NCBI GenBank assembly: GCA_963667015.2
Contig: CAXXJJ010000004.1
Coordinates: 1,952,001-2,016,000, forward strand
Origin: Desulfatiglandales bacterium
GTDB taxonomy: Bacteria; Desulfobacterota; DSM-4660; Desulfatiglandales; HGW-15
Length of the DNA: 64,000 nucleotides
Reading direction: 5' to 3'
Position 1 is the stretch's first letter. Each line of letters starts with the position of its first letter. The position numbers were made by a program, and so were the translations under genes. Shown piece by piece: positions 56,008 to 64,000 of the stretch. The notes beneath the pieces were generated by a model, which was given only the letters and a program-made list of their open reading frames with translations, did no database searches and had not been told where the DNA came from.

Positions 56008-58929
56008 ATGAAATCCATCTACATTATGATGATACTGGTTATATTGTCCGGCTTCATGCTGCAGAACAGTGCGGTCCTTGCACTTTCTAATCAATCCTAT
56101 CTGTCATCACTGCCTGAATCAGATAGTTTTCCCCTTATTGAAAATAACACACCGGTTGATATCTATATTGACGACAGTGATCACAAAGGTCTTATAAGGG
56201 CTGCGCGTGACCTTCAGACAGATATAGGAAATGTAACAGGAATTGAACCGAATATAACTAACAGCATTGATTCGCTCAAATCAAAGGCTGTTTTTATCGG
56301 GACAATTGGAAAGAGTTCAGCCATAGATAATCTAATACTTGAGGGAAAGCTTGATATCAGTGGGATAAAGGGAAAATGGGAATCTTTTATAATAGAAATA
56401 GTTACAAATCCTGTTCCAAATGTTGATACAGGGCTTGTCATCGCCGGCAGTGATAAAAGAGGCAGTATTTATGGATGTTATGATCTCTCTGAACAGATGG
56501 GTGTTTCACCATGGTACTGGTGGGCTGATGTACCGGTCATGAAAAAAAAGGCCCTGTATGTGAAGAATGGAAAAATCATCAACGGACCGCCTAAAGTAAA
56601 ATACAGGGGAATATTCCTGAATGATGAAGAACCGGCGCTCGGAAGATGGGCAGTTGAAAAATATGGAGGTTTCACGCACAAATTTTACGAAAAGATCTTT
56701 GAGCTGATACTTCGCTTAAAGGGAAACTACTTATGGCCTGCAATGTGGTGGGCAAGCTTCAACAGTGATGACCCTCTAAATCCCCAACTGGCAGATGAAT
56801 ACGGCATTGTAATAGGAACAACCCATCATGAGCCGATGATGCGTGCACATGCGGAATGGAAACAGGGCAATGGGGGAGACTGGAATTATGAAACAAACGA
56901 AGAAAACTTAAAAAAATTCTGGACCGAGGGAATAAAGCGAATGGGCAATTTCGAGAGCATTGTCACCCTTGCGATGAGGGGTGACGGTGACATAGCCATG
57001 AGCGGAGATACAAATATCAAGCTGCTGGAAAAGATAGTAAGGGATCAGCGCGATATTCTTGGCAAGGTAACAGATAAGGATATTACAACAATCCCACAGG
57101 TCTGGGCACTCTACAAGGAGGTACAGGATTACTATGACAAGGGCATGGTAGTACCTGATGACGTTACCCTGCTTTTATGTGATGATAACTGGGGAAACGT
57201 GCGAAGCCTGCCGGTGCCAGGGACGCCGTCCAGAGCCGGCGGTTATGGAATGTATTATCACTTTGATTTTGTCGGGGGCCCAAGAAATTATAAATGGGTA
57301 AATACCGTTTCTATTCCACGTGTCTGGGAACAGATGAACCTGGCATACCGCCATGGTGTCGACAGAATCTGGATAGTAAATGTAGGTGACCTTAAACCAA
57401 TGGAACTGCCCATATCCTTTTTTATGGATTATGCATGGGATCCGGATAAATGGCCTGCCGAACGTCTGCAGGAATACACTCAACTTTGGGCAGAACAGCA
57501 GTTTGGTGCTGAGTATTCCAGAGAAATCGCCTCAATCCTGAGAGAATACACGAGATTTAACAGCAGGCGTAAGCCGGAAATGCTCGGGCCCGATGTCTAC
57601 AGCCTGGCACATTACAGGGAAGCGGAAAGCATTGTTGATGACTATAATCATCTCGCTGAAAAAGCCGGGATAATAGCATCACTGATCCCGCCAGAATATA
57701 AAGACAGCTATTATGAACTTGTCCATCATCCGGTACTTGCCTGTGCAAACCTGAATGAACTCCACGTCACGGTAGCCAAAAACAGATTATATGCCGCACA
57801 GGGAAGAGCGGCGACAAATAATCTTGTAGAAAAGGCAGAAAGTCTTTTCATGCGCGATGCTGAAATATCCCATTATTATAATAAGATTCTTGCCGAAGGG
57901 AAATGGAACCATATGATGGACCAGACCCACATCAGCTACACATACTGGCAGCAGCCTGACAAGGATGTAATGCCTGACGTAATAACCATTGACCTCCCCG
58001 AGACTCCAGATATGGGCGTTAGTGTTGAAGGCACCGCAGAATGGTGGCCTCAGAGTCAGAAGGTATGCCTTCCTGAATTTGATAACTTCAACAGGCAGAC
58101 ATATTATATAGAATTATTTAATAGAGGCTTTGTCCCCTTTGAATATAGTGTGCGACCAAACAAACCATGGATCATAGTAACGCCTGATAAAGGCACAATA
58201 GAGAAGGAAAAGCGTATTAATGTTGACATCAACTGGTCAAAGGCACCCTCAGGGATACACAGCGGGACTATTACCGTCACAGGACCATATGGAAACCAGG
58301 TTGATGTTGAATTGACATTAAAAAATCACAGCACTCCATCTGTTGCAAGTATCAATGGATTTATTGAAGGTAACGGTTATATATCCATTGAATCGGAACA
58401 TTATACAGAGGCTATTGATAAGGATGATATCAGATGGCTGAAAGTCCCTGATCTTGGCCGGACCCTGTCAGGGATGATAACCGTGCCGGTTACAGCAGCT
58501 GTAAAGGATACTGAAGAAAACAGCCCGAGACTGGAATACAGGATATACTTTTTTACCAAAGGTGATGTTGAGATATATGCATATGTCAACCCCACCAGGA
58601 ATTTCTATAATACAGACGGGCTTCATTACGGAATTTCGATTGATGATGAAAAACCGCAGATAGTAAACATACACGAAAACGATACAATACCGGACTGGAA
58701 ATATCCCCCTGTCTGGAATGAGGCAGTTGGCAGAAATATTCAAATACTTGTATCAAAGCACCATATCACTGAACCAGGCTGGCATGTATTAAAATACCGG
58801 ATGGTTGACCCGGCTGTCGCACTCCAAAGGCTGGTAGTGGATACCGGGGGATTAAAGCCAAGCTACCTCGGACCGCCGGAGAGTTTTCATAAGATAATTT
58901 CCGGGACAGGGATAACAGGCCAGTATTAA
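56008..58929 (+). CDS. Secreted glycoside hydrolase family 115 (alpha-glucuronidase-like)
   Basis: Signal peptide; GSDKRG, GVSPWYWWADVP, YRGIFLNDE, LRLKGNYLWPAMW, HHEPMMRA, MRGDGD, DDNWG, WIVNVGDLKP, SYLGPPES. Confidence 0.93.
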   Translation: MKSIYIMMILVILSGFMLQNSAVLALSNQSYLSSLPESDSFPLIENNTPVDIYIDDSDHKGLIRAARDLQTDIGNVTGIEPNITNSIDSLKSKAVFIGTIGKSSAIDNLILEGKLDISGIKGKWESFIIEIVTNPVPNVDTGLVIAGSDKRGSIYGCYDLSEQMGVSPWYWWADVPVMKKKALYVKNGKIINGPPKVKYRGIFLNDEEPALGRWAVEKYGGFTHKFYEKIFELILRLKGNYLWPAMWWASFNSDDPLNPQLADEYGIVIGTTHHEPMMRAHAEWKQGNGGDWNYETNEENLKKFWTEGIKRMGNFESIVTLAMRGDGDIAMSGDTNIKLLEKIVRDQRDILGKVTDKDITTIPQVWALYKEVQDYYDKGMVVPDDVTLLLCDDNWGNVRSLPVPGTPSRAGGYGMYYHFDFVGGPRNYKWVNTVSIPRVWEQMNLAYRHGVDRIWIVNVGDLKPMELPISFFMDYAWDPDKWPAERLQEYTQLWAEQQFGAEYSREIASILREYTRFNSRRKPEMLGPDVYSLAHYREAESIVDDYNHLAEKAGIIASLIPPEYKDSYYELVHHPVLACANLNELHVTVAKNRLYAAQGRAATNNLVEKAESLFMRDAEISHYYNKILAEGKWNHMMDQTHISYTYWQQPDKDVMPDVITIDLPETPDMGVSVEGTAEWWPQSQKVCLPEFDNFNRQTYYIELFNRGFVPFEYSVRPNKPWIIVTPDKGTIEKEKRINVDINWSKAPSGIHSGTITVTGPYGNQVDVELTLKNHSTPSVASINGFIEGNGYISIESEHYTEAIDKDDIRWLKVPDLGRTLSGMITVPVTAAVKDTEENSPRLEYRIYFFTKGDVEIYAYVNPTRNFYNTDGLHYGISIDDEKPQIVNIHENDTIPDWKYPPVWNEAVGRNIQILVSKHHITEPGWHVLKYRMVDPAVALQRLVVDTGGLKPSYLGPPESFHKIISGTGITGQY

Positions 58930-59006
58930 TATCATTATTTTTCTATTTAGCCCTTTAGTACATCGCATCATTCCGCAGATTGACGTAGAGATTGTCCATA
59001 AACTGT

Positions 59007-60671
59007 TTAAGACAGCATTCCAATCAGATGACTTGCCTGTCCTTTTGTTATTCCGTTTGGAACATCGAGATTCTTGTTTCTTAATGTATTCAACTGCTTT
59101 TCTGTAGCAGGCTGGTTTCGCCACCTCGAGTAGAGACTCACCAGAGGCAGAAGATCACTGAATTGATCCCTGACCAGCTGTTCAGCCGAATGAATGGCAT
59201 GAGGCAAATCCGGTCTTACGGCAAGGACCTTTTCGACTCCCTTTTGTGAAAAGGTTACTTCATATTTATTAAGGATTGTGGGCATTATGGTTAACGCCCT
59301 TCCTTCTGCAAGAGAAAGCCTGAAACCGCCCCTTCCCAGAGCGGTCCACGCGAAGTCGGCATATTCTTCTATCTCCCAAGGAGTCTCCAGGTCAAAAAGA
59401 TCGATTTTTGTGCATCTGTACCTGAGGTCCGAAAGTGACTCGGCGCTTTCAATATGAACCCATGGTCTGTTTTCCTCCACCCATTTTATGGCTTCCCTTG
59501 CTTCATCGGTTGTATGTCCCTCAAGATCAAAACTGCCCGAAAGTCCGAACAGCAATGGAAGGGTTGTAAGGCTGTGGCCTTTGGTGACATCCACAATATC
59601 AACTATGGTTACATTTTCCTTCCCGGGATGAAGCCTTGTTCCTCTGCCTATCATCTGGGTATAAAGCAGGGAAGATTTTGTGGGTCTGGCAAGTATAATC
59701 CCTTCAACAGACGGTTCGTCATAACCTTCGGTCAGCACCATGCAGTTTGCAATGACATCGATATTCCCCATACTGAAATCGGAAAGTATCTTTTCTCTAA
59801 GGGACATATCCATATCCCCTGAAATGGCTTCAGCCCTTATGCCTTCATCATTAAATGACTGAGCCACGCTATGGGCATGAGCAACATCAACACAAAAGCA
59901 GAGTGTCTTTTTTCCACTGAGATAGGAGTTATATACATCGGTAATAAGATTGTTTCTTTCCAGGATATTGACGGCCTTTGAAAGCTGAGAGGTTACAAAA
60001 TCCCCCATTCTGGTTTTGACCCTTGTGAGGTCCACATCCGTTTCAACCCTGTATCCTGCAACAGGTGAAAGATATCCGTCCTTTATCATTTCAGGAAGAG
60101 ACCTTGAATAAACGATCTCCTGGTATACCTCATTGAGCCCCACTCCGTCACCGCGCTTTGGAGTAGCAGTAAAGCCCACAAGAAGTTTTTTTGTTTCAGG
60201 ATTGAACAGATCCAGATATTCAAGGATCCTTTTGTATGTTTCGGCAGTGGAGTGATGTGCCTCATCCACAATTATCAGGAAAAATCTATCAGGATCGAGG
60301 TTTGTGAGCCTTGTTGAACCTTTTCTTCCCAGGGTTGGTACACTGGCCACAATGACATCACTTTCCGGATCAGCCGACCTGCCGGCCTGTTCAACTTCCA
60401 CCTTCAATCCCGGATTGGCCCTGCAAATCTTGTCCCTTGCCTGGTCAAGGAGCTCTGCCCTGTGCGCAAGGACAATCATCTGTTTTTTCATCTTAAAGTA
60501 TCGGGGAAAATCAGAAAAGATCACTGTCTTTCCCGAGCCTGTGGGAAGCGATACCAACTGACGTCTTATACCCCGTTTATATCCCTCGTAGATCGACTCA
60601 AGGCATTCCTTCTGATAATCCCTTAGAGTAATTTTTTTATATTGGTTATGTTCTATCATATTTATATTCAT
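59007..60671 (-). CDS. Superfamily II DEAH helicase (Irc3/YejH-like)
   Basis: LRDYQ, LPTGSGKT, DEAHH, TATP, VLTEGYD, QMIGRGTR; C-terminal WRNQPATEKQL...TKGQASHLI. Confidence 0.9.
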   Translation of the reverse strand: MNINMIEHNQYKKITLRDYQKECLESIYEGYKRGIRRQLVSLPTGSGKTVIFSDFPRYFKMKKQMIVLAHRAELLDQARDKICRANPGLKVEVEQAGRSADPESDVIVASVPTLGRKGSTRLTNLDPDRFFLIIVDEAHHSTAETYKRILEYLDLFNPETKKLLVGFTATPKRGDGVGLNEVYQEIVYSRSLPEMIKDGYLSPVAGYRVETDVDLTRVKTRMGDFVTSQLSKAVNILERNNLITDVYNSYLSGKKTLCFCVDVAHAHSVAQSFNDEGIRAEAISGDMDMSLREKILSDFSMGNIDVIANCMVLTEGYDEPSVEGIILARPTKSSLLYTQMIGRGTRLHPGKENVTIVDIVDVTKGHSLTTLPLLFGLSGSFDLEGHTTDEAREAIKWVEENRPWVHIESAESLSDLRYRCTKIDLFDLETPWEIEEYADFAWTALGRGGFRLSLAEGRALTIMPTILNKYEVTFSQKGVEKVLAVRPDLPHAIHSAEQLVRDQFSDLLPLVSLYSRWRNQPATEKQLNTLRNKNLDVPNGITKGQASHLIGMLS

Positions 60672-60821
60672 TTATATATATTCAACCTGATACAGCCATA
60701 CAATTCTAAATTAATCAAGTAATAACATTATCTATCACTCTGGTAAAATATATAAAAGAACTTGTCTATTGGAATACAATATTCTAGGCTTATAGATTAT
60801 TTTTATACACACTAATAAAAA

Positions 60822-62180
60822 ATGGATAATCAGGAATCATTTATTGACATCGGAACACCGGAAATCTTTTCGGTAAGCAGCTTGACCTCCCGGATTAAGG
60901 ATATGCTTGAGGAGCAGTTTGACTTTATCTGGATAGAGGCTGAAATATCAAATTTCCGGAAACCCTCCTCTGGTCATTATTATATGGTTTTCAAGGACGA
61001 ATATTCCCAGATTAGGGCTGTAATGTTTCGTCCACAGGCCATGTATATAAACTTTATCCCCCAGGACGGCACAAAGGTTATAGCAAGGGGCAGGATATCC
61101 GTTTATCAGCCAAGAGGAGAGTATCAGGTTATAATAGATTATCTTGAGCCGCTGGGTGTAGGCGCCATGGCCCTCGCCTTTGAGCAGTTAAAGCAGAAAC
61201 TTGCCGCAAAGGGAATATTTGATGAGGATATAAAAAAGCCGCTTCCCTTTTTACCCCGTCACGTTGCAGTCATCACATCTCCTACCGGTGCTGCCATAAG
61301 GGATTTTTTAAACATTGCCTATCGCAGGTTCACAAATCTTGAAATAACCATAATACCAGTAAAGGTTCAGGGAGAAGGTGCCAGTGAAGAGATTATCGAG
61401 GCGATATCTATTGCAAATAATGAACTGGATGCTGATACTATTGTAATCACAAGAGGCGGCGGTTCCATGGAGGATTTGTGGGAATTCAACAGTGAAGATC
61501 TTGCGTATGCGATACGGGGTTCTAAAATACCAATTGTATCGGCAGTCGGCCATGAAATTGATATAACAATATCCGATCTTGCAGCAGACCTGAGGGCGCC
61601 TACCCCGTCAGCCGCGGCAGAACTCCTGGTGGCTGAAAAAGAGGCAATAGAAAAGGACCTGAGAGATATCAGGGAAAGAATTATAAGCAGTTTCAGATAT
61701 TATCTGAGTAATTTAGGTAAATCATTAGCCGCATTGAAAAAGGGGTTGCGCGATCCCAGAAAGGGGATTGCCGATTCCTGGCTGCGACTCGATGAGATGG
61801 AAAACCGTCTTAAAAGACAGATGTCTACTCTTTTAAATGATCAAAAAAGCCGGTTAAAAAGCCAGAGCAGATCGTTGTTTGTTAACTCTCCTGTAAAAAA
61901 GATTGAACGGTACAGGGAAGCTATCAGCTTTAATCAAAAGCTGTTGATGCGCTCAATGGAAAGGGTTACAGACAGCAAAAGAAAAAAGATTGATATCTTC
62001 AGTGAAAAATTAAAGGACCTCAGTCCATATTCCATACTTGACAGAGGATACAGCATAACCAGGACTGAAGATAAAAAGGCAATCCGGTCAGCCCTGGAGG
62101 TACAGGCCGGTGACCGGGTGAGTGTTACACTTTCCGAAGGAAGCCTTGATTGTCTGGTGGAAAATATTTTTAAGGAGTAG
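60822..62180 (+). CDS. xseA: Exodeoxyribonuclease VII large subunit
   Basis: EISNF..SSGHYY, TSPTGAAIRD, RGGGSMEDLW, SAVGHEID, RAPTPSAAAE, LDRGYS. Confidence 0.96.
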   Translation: MDNQESFIDIGTPEIFSVSSLTSRIKDMLEEQFDFIWIEAEISNFRKPSSGHYYMVFKDEYSQIRAVMFRPQAMYINFIPQDGTKVIARGRISVYQPRGEYQVIIDYLEPLGVGAMALAFEQLKQKLAAKGIFDEDIKKPLPFLPRHVAVITSPTGAAIRDFLNIAYRRFTNLEITIIPVKVQGEGASEEIIEAISIANNELDADTIVITRGGGSMEDLWEFNSEDLAYAIRGSKIPIVSAVGHEIDITISDLAADLRAPTPSAAAELLVAEKEAIEKDLRDIRERIISSFRYYLSNLGKSLAALKKGLRDPRKGIADSWLRLDEMENRLKRQMSTLLNDQKSRLKSQSRSLFVNSPVKKIERYREAISFNQKLLMRSMERVTDSKRKKIDIFSEKLKDLSPYSILDRGYSITRTEDKKAIRSALEVQAGDRVSVTLSEGSLDCLVENIFKE

Positions 62181-62187
62181 AAATAAA

Positions 62188-63063
62188 ATGAGACTCTTAT
62201 CATCCTGTAAATATCTTGCTGTTTTTCTGATTCTTGCAATACAGATTCGTGCATTTACAGATGACAGCCCCATATCCCTATCATCAAAGAACCTGAATCA
62301 GGGCGAAATAATTTTTGTAAAGATACCGGGAAAAGCTGATCAGGAGCCGTCACTGAAATGGATGGACAGGGAAATATCCCTTTTATACAGATCTGATAAA
62401 AGAATTTACGAAGGCTTTATCGCGGCAGATCTTGAACAGAAACCTGGCACATACAACCTGGATTTAACATTTATACCTTCCGGCACCAAAAAGCAGGTAA
62501 AGATTAAGGTTATCAAAAAGGATTACGGGGTAAGAAATATTACCATTGCGGATGACAGCAAGGTCAACCTTAATGAAAAAGATCTGGCAAGAGCGTCAAA
62601 AGAAAGTGCTGTTATGAACAAATTATGGGGTGAATCAGTTATCGCCCCTTTCTGGAAAACATCATTTATTATGCCCCTTGACAGTGACGTATCAGGAACA
62701 TTCGGCCGCAGGAGCATAATAAATAACCAGCCGAGATCTCCTCATTCCGGTGTGGATATGCGGGGTAAAAAGGGAACGCCTGTAAAGGCCGTTAATGACG
62801 GACTGGTTGTGCTTACAGGCGATCATTTCTTTACTGGAAATACAGTTGTGATCGATCATGGAGCAGGAATTCTGAGTATGTACTTTCACCTTGATAAAAT
62901 AAATGTTAAGAAGGGTGACAAAATTTCCAGGGGTGAAATCCTGGGGGCTGTTGGTTCCACAGGAAGGGCAACAGGCCCTCATCTTCACTGGGGAGTAAGG
63001 GTAGATGGTAAGAGGGTTGATCCTGTAAATCTCGTGGAAATAAGCAGTAAACTGGAGGAATAA
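62188..63063 (+). CDS. M23-family metallopeptidase, exported
   Basis: HSGVD, YFHL, GRATGPHLHW; start moved to ATG 62188 after AAGGAG. Confidence 0.92.
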   Translation: MRLLSSCKYLAVFLILAIQIRAFTDDSPISLSSKNLNQGEIIFVKIPGKADQEPSLKWMDREISLLYRSDKRIYEGFIAADLEQKPGTYNLDLTFIPSGTKKQVKIKVIKKDYGVRNITIADDSKVNLNEKDLARASKESAVMNKLWGESVIAPFWKTSFIMPLDSDVSGTFGRRSIINNQPRSPHSGVDMRGKKGTPVKAVNDGLVVLTGDHFFTGNTVVIDHGAGILSMYFHLDKINVKKGDKISRGEILGAVGSTGRATGPHLHWGVRVDGKRVDPVNLVEISSKLEE

Positions 63064-63302
63064 TGGCTGAAGATAAATTTGAAGACGCAATGCAAAGGCT
63101 TGAAGACATCGTGGAAGACCTTGAAGGCGGAGACCTCCCCCTTGAGGATTCCCTTAAGGCCTTTGAAGATGGCATGAAATTATTGACATTCTGCTCCGAC
63201 AAGCTCGATGAGGTTGAAAAACGTGTGACTATTCTGGTAAAGGAGAGTGACGGAAGATATACAAAAAAGCCATTTGACAGGGATGAACAGGAAGAATCCT
63301 GA
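63063..63302 (+). CDS. xseB: Exodeoxyribonuclease VII small subunit
   Basis: FEDAMQRLEDIVEDLEGGDLPLEDSLKAFEDG. Confidence 0.95.
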   Translation: MAEDKFEDAMQRLEDIVEDLEGGDLPLEDSLKAFEDGMKLLTFCSDKLDEVEKRVTILVKESDGRYTKKPFDRDEQEES

Positions 63303-63304
63303 TT

Positions 63305-64000
63305 ATGAAATTAAAAGAATACTTACTAGAAAAAAGAACAATCGTTGACCAGGCCCTTGAGGACTATCTCCCTGAGGTGAACGGACCAAAGGAAGAGCTT
63401 TACAGGGCCATGCGCTACAGCCTCTTTGCAGGCGGAAAAAGACTCCGGCCCGTCCTGTGCATTGCCTCGGCAGAGACAGTGGGCGGCACCTATAAAGATG
63501 TTATGCCAGTTGCCTGCGCATTTGAAATGATACATACCTATTCCCTTATCCATGATGACCTTCCGGCCATGGATGATGATGAGATGAGAAGAGGAAAGCC
63601 CACAAATCATATGGTGTTTGGGGAGGCAATGGCCATACTGGCAGGTGACGGACTTTTAACAGAGGCATTCAGGATTATGGCATGCCCTGAACTGCTCAAA
63701 AATGCCGGTGCGGAGAGATTCAGGAGAGTAATCGAGATGGTAGCCTTCGCGTCAGGGGCAAATGGTATGGTGGCCGGTCAGGCGCTTGATATAAAGGCAG
63801 AAGGTGCAAAAATAGACACATCTCTTATGGAGATAATCCATGAGCATAAAACAGGGGCATTATTAAGGGCCTCGGTTACTACCGGAGCCATTCTTGGAGG
63901 AGGCACTGATAAGGACATAGAATCCCTTGACAAGTATGGAAAAAATATTGGCCTTGCCTTTCAGATCTCAGATGATATTCTGGACATTGAAGGCGACAGC
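63305..64000 (+). CDS. ispA: Farnesyl/geranylgeranyl diphosphate synthase, truncated by the window edge
   Basis: MRYSLFAGGKRLRP, SLIHDDLPAMDDDEMRRGKPTNH, LAGDGLL, GQALD, HKTGAL, AFQISDDILD. Confidence 0.93.
   Translation, partial: MKLKEYLLEKRTIVDQALEDYLPEVNGPKEELYRAMRYSLFAGGKRLRPVLCIASAETVGGTYKDVMPVACAFEMIHTYSLIHDDLPAMDDDEMRRGKPTNHMVFGEAMAILAGDGLLTEAFRIMACPELLKNAGAERFRRVIEMVAFASGANGMVAGQALDIKAEGAKIDTSLMEIIHEHKTGALLRASVTTGAILGGGTDKDIESLDKYGKNIGLAFQISDDILDIEGDS

Noticed and set aside
60822..64000. M23 peptidase inserted between xseA and xseB as a novel system
   Set aside because: An ordinary housekeeping cluster (xseA-M23-xseB-ispA); nothing in the sequence indicates novelty
1..64000. CRISPR arrays, tRNA/rRNA, transposases, prophage genes, and the many short antisense ORFs in the track
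   Set aside because: No repeat-spacer periodicity, RNA-gene signature or mobile-element protein was recognised; the short ORFs lie within confidently assigned genes

Overview
A 64-kb stretch of bacterial chromosome. Gene content suggests an anaerobic deltaproteobacterium (Desulfobacterota-like); this is inferred, not measured. Housekeeping and metabolic genes include gltA, pgm, speD-speE plus a second SpeD-like gene, CoA-disulfide reductase-rhodanese, fluC, zupT, a CoA-transferase operon, GH115 and xseA-M23-xseB-ispA. They surround an AT-rich, sigma-54-driven chemosensory cluster at 32.9-47.6 kb (MCP-like, STAS, cheY, cheA, unknown, 2 MCPs, cheW, cheR, cheB, cheD). Main observations: (1) that cluster encodes an apparently exported dCache protein fused to a CheD/CNF1-like Cys-His deamidase domain; (2) a UGSC-type selenoprotein is split by the ORF track at an in-frame TGA and has a SECIS-like hairpin; (3) an in-frame, internally deleted mini-CheW; (4) tandem MshEN-like c-di-GMP motifs in CheA and a CheZ-like DxxxQ motif in the soluble MCP-like protein; (5) two unannotated single-TM microproteins after a sodium:solute symporter; (6) a second SpeD paralogue and an out-of-frame uORF on speD; (7) a probably inactive CoA-transferase domain fused to a GNAT; (8) a PiT-family phosphate transporter broken by 11 single-base insertions, probably sequencing error. 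I saw no rRNA, tRNA, CRISPR array or transposase. All family calls are by-eye motif recognition, not database searches.
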